NCBI GenBank assembly: GCA_036788695.1
Contig: DAIQMY010000003.1
Location: forward strand, 6,682 to 70,681
Reading direction: 5' to 3'
Source of the DNA: Candidatus Levyibacteriota bacterium
GTDB taxonomy: Bacteria; Patescibacteriota; Microgenomatia; Levybacterales; GWA1-39-11
DNA: 64,000 nt
In this document: positions 27,731 to 37,537 of the stretch, piece after piece
Numbering within the stretch: position 1 is the first letter of the stretch
How the letters are laid out: every line of letters begins with the position of its first letter
Position numbers and translations under genes: made by a program
Notes under the pieces: model-generated
The model's database searches: none
What the model saw: only the letters and a program-made list of their open reading frames with translations
What the model was told of the DNA's origin: nothing

Positions 27731-30106
27731 ATGCGTCAGTTTATAGCAGAAAAGGGTAATTTAGCACAGAAATTTATAAAAAGCCATAAGAAACTCATCT
27801 TAATAGCCTTTTCAAGCTTTATTTTTGTGTCATGCATCATATTAGTTGGCACCTTTTTCATATCCTCTAAATCAAGTCGTTCAAATATTCCTATCATTCC
27901 TACTCCGATAGCTTTTCAAAATGAAGTTATGAACTATGCCTCTAATTTAAAGTTCAAAAGATACACGTCTCCTGAAAAAATAATTGCCCAGAATCCGCTT
28001 TATACATATGAGTTGAAAGAATCTTTTACGAGTAATGAAATTAAAAAGATAGCTGAGAATTTTTCCTTATCAAATATTTTTTTAGAAGACGAATCGTATG
28101 TGACATACAGTGAGACGAAAGATATAAAAAGCCTCGGTACATTTACTATGAACAAGGATAACGGTTTTTTTACATATCAGGCATATAGTTTCCTTCCTGC
28201 TAGTTCAAAAAATCCAAAAGATGCAGCACTTTCATTAATTAAAAAATTGGGTTTTTCAGATGGAGATATAACTTGCCCCATAACGTATCAACAAAAAGGA
28301 GCACAGGATATCACTTTTGTTGAGTGCCATAGAGATTGGGGGAGGCTAACTGCGCCTCTCTTTACGCTTCCTGGGATTATAAATCACGGTGGAAATTTCT
28401 CTTTATCTACTATGGGTGGAGTAGGTATGGTAGATCCAGATGGACCAGCTGACTCAAATATCGTAAATGTTTCCACCGGACAGAATGGTAAGGTCAGACC
28501 AAACGATTTTAATTCTATTACTGTTGGTGTCACAAATAATGGGGCAATATATTCAGTATATTCAAGGATGAGGTATATAACGGGTAAATCCCAAATCGCA
28601 AAAAATTCATTGAAGACCTACGAGGAAGCCTTTTCCGAAATTACAAAAAATCCTACCTATTCATTTTCCATGCCAATTGGAGTTGGAATCACTGATTTTA
28701 GGAAAGTATATAAAAATAATGAAGCAGTGGCTTTAGAGGCACAATCTCATGAACTGGGTATGGCATATCTGGAGTACATAAAAGGAAAGCAAAAGGTGTA
28801 TGAACCATTTTATCTTTTATATGGGAGTGCTGAAATCACATCTGGATATACAATTAAATATATTCAAGCGATTCCAGCAAGTAAATTATCTACCTCAAAA
28901 ATTGCCCAGGAATCAACCGATTCCCTTCAGTTGAGAACATTTAACCCACCCATTCCTACGCCTACAGTAGAGGTTAATTCTCCAACTGAGCCTACGCCGC
29001 GCGCACCAATTGAATCTGGAGGAGAAAACTGCCGTACAGGTCCCACAGAGGTAAACAATCACACAGGTGCGTACCCATTGGTTATTCCAGGATACGGAAC
29101 CATGGTTGTAACCATTGAGGATTTTGGACACCCTTCAAATTTATGGGTATCCTCAATTGATCCGATTGATCCAGGGGTAGATACCACAATTCTTGCAGCC
29201 AGAAATGCTTTCTTTACGTTTATAGGGTATTATTTTGCGTCAGAATATCAAAACGGAAAAACAGCCACTTCCAAAACTGTAAAGGAATCAGGTGGAGTAA
29301 AAAAATATTTGCAGGCAGGGGGTAGAATCGGTTCATTAGCGTTTGATCAGAGTGAATTAATCGCGGCAGTAGATTCTCCGCCTCTTCTTCGACCGTCACT
29401 AACAAAAGTAATAAAGTCATTTGAGAAATATGCGCTGTCTGTAGATAATGGAACAACACTCCCTGACGTAGAATACACAGTTCCGGTAGCGTTTGAATCT
29501 TTGTTTTACTATGAGAGACGGCGTGGCGGAAGTGGTCAGTGTTATTTAACAGGCGCATCCGGACCTTCACCTGTATTGTTTATGTACGCAGATACCCCAA
29601 CTTCTACAAAGATTATAAACAATTCGCAAGTTACCTATGTTGAGCCAGGATTGGAGAATAATATGTGGAACGTATCATTTTCAAAAGATGGAATAACACA
29701 GGCGAATGGACAGAAAAGAAGTTACCTGTATTATGAATTTGATCGTTCTGTCAGCTTCACAAACACAAACAGGGGTTATGTTGTAAAAAGAGAAGATATT
29801 GGAGACCTTGTAGGTAAAATAGCAAAGGAGTTAAAGCTTAGTTCAAAAGAAACAAAATATCTACACATGGAATTTGAAAAAGCCCTCCTTGACGTTCAGA
29901 ACTCTCCCTATATTGCAGTTATTCTTGCGGATACGAATGAAGTTGCCGCAAAGCTACCGTTAGGAGCTCCTGCAGGAATACATACTTATAGGTACCATTT
30001 CCTAGTGTCTGGGGCTCGTGAGGCAAGACAGGTTATAAAGCCCACACTCTCTGAAATAAAAAGAGAAGGCACGGTATTAATAGAATTAGGAGTCTCTCCT
30101 CAGTAG
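27731..30106 (+). CDS. large secreted/surface protein (unknown function)
   Basis: 791 aa; N-terminal TM anchor; no catalytic motifs recognised. Confidence 0.55.
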   Translation: MRQFIAEKGNLAQKFIKSHKKLILIAFSSFIFVSCIILVGTFFISSKSSRSNIPIIPTPIAFQNEVMNYASNLKFKRYTSPEKIIAQNPLYTYELKESFTSNEIKKIAENFSLSNIFLEDESYVTYSETKDIKSLGTFTMNKDNGFFTYQAYSFLPASSKNPKDAALSLIKKLGFSDGDITCPITYQQKGAQDITFVECHRDWGRLTAPLFTLPGIINHGGNFSLSTMGGVGMVDPDGPADSNIVNVSTGQNGKVRPNDFNSITVGVTNNGAIYSVYSRMRYITGKSQIAKNSLKTYEEAFSEITKNPTYSFSMPIGVGITDFRKVYKNNEAVALEAQSHELGMAYLEYIKGKQKVYEPFYLLYGSAEITSGYTIKYIQAIPASKLSTSKIAQESTDSLQLRTFNPPIPTPTVEVNSPTEPTPRAPIESGGENCRTGPTEVNNHTGAYPLVIPGYGTMVVTIEDFGHPSNLWVSSIDPIDPGVDTTILAARNAFFTFIGYYFASEYQNGKTATSKTVKESGGVKKYLQAGGRIGSLAFDQSELIAAVDSPPLLRPSLTKVIKSFEKYALSVDNGTTLPDVEYTVPVAFESLFYYERRRGGSGQCYLTGASGPSPVLFMYADTPTSTKIINNSQVTYVEPGLENNMWNVSFSKDGITQANGQKRSYLYYEFDRSVSFTNTNRGYVVKREDIGDLVGKIAKELKLSSKETKYLHMEFEKALLDVQNSPYIAVILADTNEVAAKLPLGAPAGIHTYRYHFLVSGAREARQVIKPTLSEIKREGTVLIELGVSPQ

Positions 30107-30127
30107 AGGTAAACACATAAAGCAAGT

Positions 30128-31087
30128 TTATGGGAGAAAAATTGGGGATAGTTCATCCGCGGTAGATTCATACATTTTTTCTATGTTTCCTCCATTGGTA
30201 TCCATGAGAAAAATATCATAATTCCCGCCAGCATCATTTATAAATATAATCTGTCTTCCAGTTGTGCTATATGATGGGTCGTCACTATTTCCTGGGAGTG
30301 AAGTAAGTTTTGTCTTATTTACTCCATTTTGTTGCATAGTGTAAATACTATCCTTGCTGTCAGCTTTATCTCTGGACACATAGACAAGGTCATAGGAGCG
30401 TGGGTTAACGGAGGGATACCAATCAGGTACTAGATTCCTGCTGAGCCGTGATAAATTTTCTCCATTTTTATCAATCATAAAAATGTCATCTGTCAAATGA
30501 TCATCTGTTTTTCTTTGTACAAATATAATATTACCCTCAAGATTTTCTACAGGATCCCATTCTTCAGTCTCCTGCATTTTAGGTGTTAAATTTTTTACTC
30601 CTGATCCGTCTTCATTCATAATAAATATATCTCCCTTCCGGTCATCCTGAGTTGATTTAAAGAGTATATTTTTCCCGTCTTTTGTGTAGCTCGGATCATA
30701 GTCATCTGATGTGTTATGGGTGAGTTGTCGTATTTCACCAGTTGTAAGTGTCATGCGGTAAATTTCATTATCTTCGTCTCTGTCAGAGTAAAAAACAATA
30801 TATTTGCCATCTGATGAAGGTTGAGGGTTCATGTCCTGTGCTTTATTGTGGGTGAGGTTAAGAACATGTTTTGAAAGTAGATCCATGAGATAGATATCAT
30901 TGTCCCCTGTCATATTTGACACAAAAAGAATACGTTCTGTAGGTGGTAGAGGACTTATGAGTACATTCGTGTTTGCTTTCTCCAGTATTTTTTCAGGATC
31001 TTCTTGCTCTATCATAGATATCGCCAGAACAAAAAGTATCACGCCAGTTATAAGGAAAAGAGTGAAGAACACAACCTTTTTTTTCAT
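30128..31087 (-). CDS. TolB-like PD40 beta-propeller repeat protein, membrane anchored
   Basis: N-terminal TM; repeated PD40/WD40-like beta-propeller units (DGKYIVFYSDRDEDNEIYRM, DGKNILFKSTQDDRKGDIFIM, SYDLVYVSRDKADSKDSIYTM). Confidence 0.65.
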   Translation of the reverse strand: MKKKVVFFTLFLITGVILFVLAISMIEQEDPEKILEKANTNVLISPLPPTERILFVSNMTGDNDIYLMDLLSKHVLNLTHNKAQDMNPQPSSDGKYIVFYSDRDEDNEIYRMTLTTGEIRQLTHNTSDDYDPSYTKDGKNILFKSTQDDRKGDIFIMNEDGSGVKNLTPKMQETEEWDPVENLEGNIIFVQRKTDDHLTDDIFMIDKNGENLSRLSRNLVPDWYPSVNPRSYDLVYVSRDKADSKDSIYTMQQNGVNKTKLTSLPGNSDDPSYSTTGRQIIFINDAGGNYDIFLMDTNGGNIEKMYESTADELSPIFLP

Positions 31088-31234
31088 AAGCGTATATTAT
31101 AGGGCTAGAACACTTAGAAGTCCAATTGTTTACTTTAATATTTTTTGATTTGTGCCTGAATAGTTTCATCTAAGGTTTGAATCTGGAATACAGTTTTACC
31201 GTGAGGTAGAGGAGTGATGCAAATGTAGTTTTAT

Positions 31235-31981
31235 TCAGAAATCTCCAAGGGACCCCAGGACATCATGTGCGACATTTGGAGAGAGAAGATGTTCTGGATG
31301 CGAGTCATATGGTTTATGAGCATCTGGATTTTTTTGCAGTATACCCTGAGCAAACCGTTTATAATGCTGAATTTGTGTTTGCATATCTTGTCTCTCATTT
31401 TCTAAACGGTGGGATAAAACAGTTGTCAAAAGTTCCCGTGGCCATAGTTTTGGATGAGCAAGAATATGTGCTCCTGTTGGGTCAAGTTGAAAAGATTGTT
31501 CCATTCTCTTTTTCTCATCAGAAGTAAGAGGTGTATCTGGGTGATCAGGGTAGATAAAGGGAAGTTCTGCAGAATCAGTTCCTGTTATATCATTATTGTA
31601 TCTGGCAGTAAATCTGTACAGAGAAAAAGTATTTTCATCGCGGGCTTCATAGAGAGAAAGTGCTACGTTTCCTAGTAGAACTGCTCCTTTGTCTGCGTGG
31701 TGATCCTGGGTCTTAATGTATCCCATAAAATCATCTGGCGTAGAATATTTTTTATCTTCTATTGATTGCCTTTCGTGAATTTCTCCACCTTTCCAACGTG
31801 GGACACCTCTTGCTCCTGCATCTTTCCATTCTTGGGCGAATACCTGCAGTAGAGAAAAATATTGTGCATGGCGCTCAAATTCCTCCCGTTGTCGCATAGT
31901 AAGTGAAGCAGTTAATGAATTTGTATCCGTATGCATCTTAAGATATCCACGAATTCTACTATCTCTTTCTAATTTTTCCAT
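31235..31981 (-). CDS. hypothetical protein
   Basis: 248-aa cytoplasmic-looking ORF rich in His/Asp; no family recognised. Confidence 0.45.
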   Translation of the reverse strand: MEKLERDSRIRGYLKMHTDTNSLTASLTMRQREEFERHAQYFSLLQVFAQEWKDAGARGVPRWKGGEIHERQSIEDKKYSTPDDFMGYIKTQDHHADKGAVLLGNVALSLYEARDENTFSLYRFTARYNNDITGTDSAELPFIYPDHPDTPLTSDEKKRMEQSFQLDPTGAHILAHPKLWPRELLTTVLSHRLENERQDMQTQIQHYKRFAQGILQKNPDAHKPYDSHPEHLLSPNVAHDVLGSLGDF

Positions 31982-32213
31982 AATAAAAAAATGAAATTTT
32001 CGTATTCCTCTCAGAGTACTTTAATTTCTTATCGTGAATATCATTTAAGCAAGCAGTAGTATTCTACTACAATGATTTGGCTCACACTCGCAGGCTTTAT
32101 CAGAAAGCAACACTTTAACTATATTGTGAAGTTGCCCTGGGAAGTTCTTAATCACAGCAATTAATTGTCTTTATTGAGTTCACAATAGAGTAAATTTTTT
32201 GAAGCGAATAACA

Positions 32214-32879
32214 TTATTGTGTAAAAGTAAAAGTAGAAAGTATATTTTCAATAGTTGGTTGTAAATCATCTGAAAAATAATTAAAACTGTATCTATACCC
32301 GTTTTTGTATGTATAGTAAGAGGGAGCAGTTTTTCCACAATTTCCTGCATCACAAAACACAGTAGTTTGAGAAGGCAAAAAGACCCTCCATGTATTTCCA
32401 TTAAAATTTTTTGTTATAGAAGTTTGGTTAAATGGTGCTTCGTTTTCAGAAGAATCACTAAGTCTTTCTAAGGTGAAGTTTTTATTACCTATAGAGAATC
32501 TAATTGTATTTTGTTTCACGCTTGCACTTGGTTCATTATCATTAGAATCTTCTTGGGAAATAGTTATATTTTTTGGATATTGAAAAAAAACACCTAATTT
32601 TGAAAATGTTTTAAATTCTGTTTTTTGTATGGAAGATGGTACTGAAGTAGTAACAGGTATAGCTGTAGGTGATGGGATTGAAGATGGCTTTATCGTATTT
32701 GTCCCTAATAGATAACCACCAGTTATAAAAAGAAGCAGTATTAGCAATATGCCAAATATGATAATTATTTTTTTTCTACCATGAGATATGGATTGAATCG
32801 GTGAGGGAGAGGAGGATGTTGGGTTTGGTGGGGGAACTGATGATGTTGCTGGGTTGTAGGCTTCGTTTTGATTTTCCAT
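32214..32879 (-). CDS. membrane-anchored secreted protein, tandem paralog B
   Basis: Pro/Ser-rich N-terminus, TM (IIIIFGILLILLLFITGGYLLGTN), S/T/P linker, then a domain beginning FQYPKNITISQ; paralogous to the upstream gene. Confidence 0.5.
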   Translation of the reverse strand: MENQNEAYNPATSSVPPPNPTSSSPSPIQSISHGRKKIIIIFGILLILLLFITGGYLLGTNTIKPSSIPSPTAIPVTTSVPSSIQKTEFKTFSKLGVFFQYPKNITISQEDSNDNEPSASVKQNTIRFSIGNKNFTLERLSDSSENEAPFNQTSITKNFNGNTWRVFLPSQTTVFCDAGNCGKTAPSYYTYKNGYRYSFNYFSDDLQPTIENILSTFTFTQ

Positions 32880-32892
32880 AGGATTTAGTACT

Positions 32893-33636
32893 TCAATGAC
32901 CAGTCGATGAGTTTAAGAACTTAAATGAGTCTAAAACGCTTTGATATGTTTGTATGTTTGTTGGGGTAGAAACTCCTTTAATTGAGACATCATAGCCCTT
33001 TCCATTGTAAATAGATACAGTACCCCGATCTAAATAACCTCCTGCCCCAGGAAGTTCAACTGAGATTGCATTAATACCTCCAAGTGTAGTTTTTTTACTA
33101 AACTGTTTAGTCAAATCAGAAAGATTTTTGTCAAATTGTATTAAATAACGAGATTCAAACCAATCGTCTAGAGTTATAGATGGTTGTATAGTTCCTGAAT
33201 AAATAGTCAGAGTATTTTTTACAGCTTGGGGTGAGACACCGCCATCTGGGATAATCATCTCAGTTTTTTGCAAGGTTACATAGCTATTGTCTGATTGTAC
33301 AACGACCCAATCCTGAGGATACTGAAAGCTAAACGACTGTCCTTGAAATGTTTTTTTCCCAGTGTCTATTGTTGGAGTTGGAGTACTAGTAGGTGTAGGT
33401 GCGGAATTTACTGGTGTAGCAATAATATGTTCATCTTTAGTTATTTCTTTAGGTATTGAATTTTTTTGCGTACCCAGAAAGTAACCTCCACCTCCCACAA
33501 TTAAAATAACCACCACAATTATCACAGTTATGAAAAAGTATTTTTTCCCACTGTGAGAAGAATTTTCAATATGTTGTTGTTCAATCGGATGTTCAGGTGG
33601 ATTGACTAATGGAGCGGCGGGGATAGTAGGTTCCAT
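32893..33636 (-). CDS. membrane-anchored secreted protein, tandem paralog A
   Basis: Same architecture: TM (VIIVVVILIVGGGGYFLGTQ), T/P linker, domain beginning FQYPQDWVVVQ. Confidence 0.5.
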   Translation of the reverse strand: MEPTIPAAPLVNPPEHPIEQQHIENSSHSGKKYFFITVIIVVVILIVGGGGYFLGTQKNSIPKEITKDEHIIATPVNSAPTPTSTPTPTIDTGKKTFQGQSFSFQYPQDWVVVQSDNSYVTLQKTEMIIPDGGVSPQAVKNTLTIYSGTIQPSITLDDWFESRYLIQFDKNLSDLTKQFSKKTTLGGINAISVELPGAGGYLDRGTVSIYNGKGYDVSIKGVSTPTNIQTYQSVLDSFKFLNSSTGH

Positions 33637-33802
33637 AGACTCAGTATCACAAGAATACGAGGCAAAATCAAGCTCTAATATTTTGGCAAACTTTGGTAGT
33701 TAAACTTTAAACTTTGAGGTTTGTAAACAGGGAATTATTAAGTAACTTGGGTCAATTTGTGAATTGTGCAGCTGACTAACTTTAGGTAGTATATAATGTG
33801 CT

Positions 33803-34525
33803 ATGACAAACTTAGTGGAAAGTCTCTCACACCGTGAGATTGATCACTCTAATTTAACGGCTGAGTCATTTTGGGATGTACATATAGCAAATATGCCTTT
33901 TTATCATGGTACATCATCAGTAAGCCTGCCTCAGATCAGGACGGTTGGCTTATCTCCAGATTACAGACTTTACCCTCAGAGCGACGCTCAATCTTTGGCT
34001 TCAATACTTACATCTTCGGGAGACAGAAATTATTTTGAAGAAGTAAGCGCTGAAAGAAAGATTTACATAGGGACGGATCTATCTAGATGTATCGAGTATG
34101 CTCAAAAAGGATCTGAGTTTATGGGAGAAATGTTTGATCAAGTAAATTGGTTACTAGAAAACGGATATGAAGATTCAGAACTTTTCAGTGGAATAAAACA
34201 ACGTCTCAGTAAATACTTCGAAATGCACACACCTGCACTTTTAGTAATTGATAGTGCTTCCCCTGTTGTCAGAGGAGCAATTCAAAAAAACCATCCACAG
34301 CTATTTGAATGGATGATCAATAGAGATGCTTTTGTCAAAGAGGTAAATAGTGATGCATATCCAAAACAATATAGCGAAGAAAGCAATGCCTGGTGTGTAC
34401 TAGACCAGATGGAGGAGGAGTTTGTCGATCTTGCAATTGAGGGGGTAATCCCACCAGCTGACTTCCAAATTATAGAAGGGAAAGACTTTCAGGAGCTTGC
34501 TAAAATTGCTACAGGTCTTAAGTAG
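33803..34525 (+). CDS. hypothetical protein
   Basis: 240-aa ORF convergent with the ATP-grasp gene; no motif recognised. Confidence 0.45.
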   Translation: MTNLVESLSHREIDHSNLTAESFWDVHIANMPFYHGTSSVSLPQIRTVGLSPDYRLYPQSDAQSLASILTSSGDRNYFEEVSAERKIYIGTDLSRCIEYAQKGSEFMGEMFDQVNWLLENGYEDSELFSGIKQRLSKYFEMHTPALLVIDSASPVVRGAIQKNHPQLFEWMINRDAFVKEVNSDAYPKQYSEESNAWCVLDQMEEEFVDLAIEGVIPPADFQIIEGKDFQELAKIATGLK

Positions 34526-34540
34526 CAACGTTAGGAATTA

Positions 34541-35395
34541 TTATTTTGCAGCAAGACTTTTTTTATGAAGAGCGTCTCTTATGCGTAGATTGAGTTCTTG
34601 GGTGAGGGTAGAGTTATCAAAATCGCGGTCCACAATTGTGTCAATTCCATCTGTGCCAACCTCTAACACAAGCAGTTTCCCATCTTTAGATTTGATAAGG
34701 TCTACAACACCAAATGAATTGAGGAGCTGAACTGCTTCTAATGCTTTTTTAGAAACATCAATAGCTTCATCAGTAGGATTTTCTAACGGAAAATACCTTG
34801 CTCCTACGGCATGCGCGACTAAATCTTTTGGTTTTACTCCATCTGGGAATTTACGAACATTCCAAGCAAAGACTTCACCATCTACACAGTAAGTCCTATA
34901 CACCTCTGGATTTTCATGTCTCACGAACTCCTGGACAATAAACGGTTTTTGCCAGTCAAGTTGCGTGAAATATCCCTCCGTATCTAGTTTTTCCATTCTT
35001 TCGCTATTTACTATGGTATGTCCCCGAGTGGCTAAACCTGTTGGGTATTTCAAAATCCATTCTTTGTCTGGATTGTGCCTTAAAAAATCAACTGCTTGCG
35101 GAGTATCTTTTATGAGATGTGTTTCTGGAGTAGGGACTCCATGTGTGTTAAATAAGTGTGCCTGAATTCGTTTATCCCCTGCGGCAATTATCCCAAAGTA
35201 GGGGATGAATAATTCATAGTCTTTTACATCATGAAAACTACGCCTCCCCTTTTCTAAATGAAGAGGATAGTGAACAGCATTTACTTCAAACTTCTCTGAA
35301 ACGGAACCATTCCAATTTCTTGCATTCTCATTAGCAAGTTGTCCAAACCATGTTTTTCCTATCTCTCCCTGATTAACAATTCTTACCTCTTTCAT
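34541..35395 (-). CDS. ATP-grasp fold protein (RimK/glutathione-synthetase-like ligase family)
   Basis: Order of elements typical of ATP-grasp: central WILKYPTGLATRGHTIV, IVQEFV, then VYRTYCVDGEVFAWNVRKF and a C-terminal LLVLEVGTDG Mg/ATP loop. Confidence 0.5.
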   Translation of the reverse strand: MKEVRIVNQGEIGKTWFGQLANENARNWNGSVSEKFEVNAVHYPLHLEKGRRSFHDVKDYELFIPYFGIIAAGDKRIQAHLFNTHGVPTPETHLIKDTPQAVDFLRHNPDKEWILKYPTGLATRGHTIVNSERMEKLDTEGYFTQLDWQKPFIVQEFVRHENPEVYRTYCVDGEVFAWNVRKFPDGVKPKDLVAHAVGARYFPLENPTDEAIDVSKKALEAVQLLNSFGVVDLIKSKDGKLLVLEVGTDGIDTIVDRDFDNSTLTQELNLRIRDALHKKSLAAK

Positions 35396-35479
35396 GATTA
35401 ACTTGAGATTATAGCAGGTTCCAACCTAAATTCAGAAGTTAGATTCGAGTGCTAAAGCTAAACGAGGTTAAAAGCGATG

Positions 35480-35550
35480 CAGGGCCGCAGAGATTCGAAC
35501 TCTGAAAAGCGGTTTTGGAGACCGCTGTGATACCATTTCACCACAGCCCT
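35480..35550 (-). tRNA. tRNA-Trp (anticodon CCA)
   Basis: Reverse complement reads AGGGCTG-TG-GTGA-AATGGTA-TCAC-A-GCGGT-CTCCAAA-ACCGC-TTTT-CAGAG-TTCGAAT-CTCTG-CGGCCCT-G; canonical T-loop; acceptor stem has one G-U pair. Confidence 0.85.
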
Positions 35551-35800
35551 TCGGTAAACTCAGGGTAAATCCCTCGGCAAGCTCGGGACAAGCCCTTCGG
35601 CAAGCTCAGGGCAAGTCCCTCGGCGATGCTCAGGACAGGCAGGATGACCCTAAAGTAGTCTTATTTTACTTCTTAGACAACCCTCAGGGCAAGCCCCTCG
35701 GAAATACTCGGGACAAGCCCCTCGGCGATGCTCAGGGTAAACCCTTCGACGGTGCTCAGGGTAAACCCTTCGGTAAACTCAGGGTAAACCCCTCAAAAAA
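35547..35800. repeat. degenerate ~24-nt tandem repeat array (about 10 units in two blocks) in the 5' flank of tRNA-Trp
   Basis: Plus-strand unit CCCTYCGG-YRAD-CTCRGG-RYAAR, e.g. cccttcggtaaactcagggtaaat, ccctcggcaagctcgggacaag, cccttcggcaagctcagggcaagt; the first unit overlaps the tRNA 5' end; blocks at about 35547-35640 and 35681-35800 separated by unique sequence. Confidence 0.6.
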
Positions 35801-35818
35801 TGGGGGAGTTTGACCCCT
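35795..35818 (-). terminator. hairpin plus U-tract on the minus strand (GGGG-TCAAACT-CCCC-CATTTTTT)
   Basis: Minus-strand reading aGGGGtcaaactCCCCcattttttg directly upstream of the repeat array and tRNA-Trp; it also overlaps the -35 of the plus-strand promoter below. Confidence 0.3.
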
Positions 35819-35838
35819 ATAGTATTTTAAGGTATAAT
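35810..35838 (+). promoter_or_regulatory. sigma70-type promoter TTGACC-17-TATAAT for the 35878 gene
   Basis: Near-consensus -35 and perfect -10 with 17-nt spacing, about 40 nt upstream of the ATG at 35878; AGAAG RBS about 8 nt before the ATG. Confidence 0.45.
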
Positions 35839-35877
35839 TATGCTTCTATTTGACATGGTTAGATAGAAGTTTAATTT

Positions 35878-36654
35878 ATGCCTATCAATCACGAATCACA
35901 TGAAATTTTTGCTCAATACGGCATTTCGGAAGATACACTTTATCCCAAGGTGAAGTTGTTCACTTCTCCCTATAAATCTACAGGGGTTGATCGGATCATG
36001 GAAACTATAAATCTTCAAGAAAAAGTGTATGGGGAGGATGCTGACGTAAACATAAGCAGATTTAATCGATTTAGTACGTCAATTCCTAGGCGCATGATAG
36101 ATGGAGATATTCTTGTGGAAACATTTGGGAATAATGATGCAGGAATGGAGTATGCAAAAAGTAACGTCCCTTCAGGGTTTATGGTGGAGGTGTTTACCGG
36201 AGGATATTGGAATATAAAGGTAGCAGCCGAAATGGGTAAAGATTCAGAGAGATATTTGCTAAGACAATTGCAGCATTTTGGTCTTAAAAATCAAGAAAGT
36301 TTAGATCAATTGGCTAATGTATGGCCGATTCTTACCATAACAAATGACGGAAAACTTGAATTGAGTTCTGAGGGTGCATTTACTATGTCCCTACGTAAAG
36401 CAGAGGTAGAGACTTCAAGCACAGAAGTGAAGTGGAGAAAATATGGTGCCTATTTTCTCCTTGATGATATATGCCCATCCCTTCTTCCTAATCAGGATAT
36501 TGAAGCTGAGGTAGGAGTATGTATAAGAAATTTTGACATTTCGGAAATGATAAATACACTGGGAAAAGGCGTAAGACAAAAAGATTTAACAATGGGAGCA
36601 TTAAATAACTACGTTAAACCGTACATATTATTACAGGAGCAAACCAAGGTATAA
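35878..36654 (+). CDS. hypothetical protein
   Basis: 258-aa ORF with the promoter above; no family recognised. Confidence 0.5.
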   Translation: MPINHESHEIFAQYGISEDTLYPKVKLFTSPYKSTGVDRIMETINLQEKVYGEDADVNISRFNRFSTSIPRRMIDGDILVETFGNNDAGMEYAKSNVPSGFMVEVFTGGYWNIKVAAEMGKDSERYLLRQLQHFGLKNQESLDQLANVWPILTITNDGKLELSSEGAFTMSLRKAEVETSSTEVKWRKYGAYFLLDDICPSLLPNQDIEAEVGVCIRNFDISEMINTLGKGVRQKDLTMGALNNYVKPYILLQEQTKV

Positions 36655-36688
36655 TGATTGTTGTATTTACAAAAAAGGAAAAAATAGT

Positions 36689-37534
36689 ATGAAAGTAGGA
36701 ACAGTCGCGTTAATTGGACGACCAAATGTGGGTAAAAGTACACTTGTGAATAATTTGGTTGGGCAAAAGGTGGCAATTACAAGTCCTAAGCCTCAAACTA
36801 CTAAGTTCCCCATATTTGCCGTTTATGAGGATGAGCGTGGGCAAATAGTATTTGTTGACACTCCTGGAATTTTTGCAAAGGCAAAGTTAGCTCAGGGAAA
36901 AGAAGCCAATAAAGAATCTGAAAAAATACTCAAAGAAGAAGTACAGGCTGTTTTATATATTGTGGATAAATCCCGTGAGCGGGGATTAGAAGAAAACAGA
37001 GTATTAGGTATGGTAAGAAAACTGACAGCTCCCAAAATCATGGTTTATAACAAATCAGACATTGAAGAGCCGGATTTTACCGCTCAGTATAAATTTATGG
37101 AAGAGGAATTTGACGCGGTTGTTCACGTTTCCGCACTCAAGAATCTTCATCTTCCTGTCTTGCTTACAAAAATATTTGAGTTCATGCCAACAGGCGAAAA
37201 GTATATTGATCGCGCTGCAATGCCCATTGCCGCACTTAACATGGACTCAAATCTTTATATGGAAGAAGTAATTCGGGAAAAAGCCTATTTGAAGCTCAGA
37301 CGTGAACTTCCATACATGGTTAGAATTGTTATAGATGAAGTGAGACATAGAACAAATGGATCAATGTATATAAAGTCGCGTGTTTTAGTTCCTGATACGC
37401 ATTATAAGAAGATGGTAATAGGGGCAGGGGGACGTATGATTAAGGAGATTGGCTTAATGTCCAGGAAAGAGTTTGAGGTTGCAACCGGAAAGAAAGTGTT
37501 TTTAGATTTAACAGTTGAAGTAGGAAGGATATAG
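36689..37534 (+). CDS. era: GTPase Era
   Basis: G1 GRPNVGKSTLVN, G2/G3 (TTK..., DTPG), NKSD G4, and a C-terminal KH domain (VIGAGGRMIKEIG). Confidence 0.9.
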   Translation: MKVGTVALIGRPNVGKSTLVNNLVGQKVAITSPKPQTTKFPIFAVYEDERGQIVFVDTPGIFAKAKLAQGKEANKESEKILKEEVQAVLYIVDKSRERGLEENRVLGMVRKLTAPKIMVYNKSDIEEPDFTAQYKFMEEEFDAVVHVSALKNLHLPVLLTKIFEFMPTGEKYIDRAAMPIAALNMDSNLYMEEVIREKAYLKLRRELPYMVRIVIDEVRHRTNGSMYIKSRVLVPDTHYKKMVIGAGGRMIKEIGLMSRKEFEVATGKKVFLDLTVEVGRI

Positions 37535-37537
37535 TAT

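Noticed and set aside
35547-35800. CRISPR or coding interpretation of the 24-nt tandem array
   Set aside because: Period 21-24 nt with no unique spacers; no ORF of 60 aa or more in any frame; units are degenerate like a minisatellite
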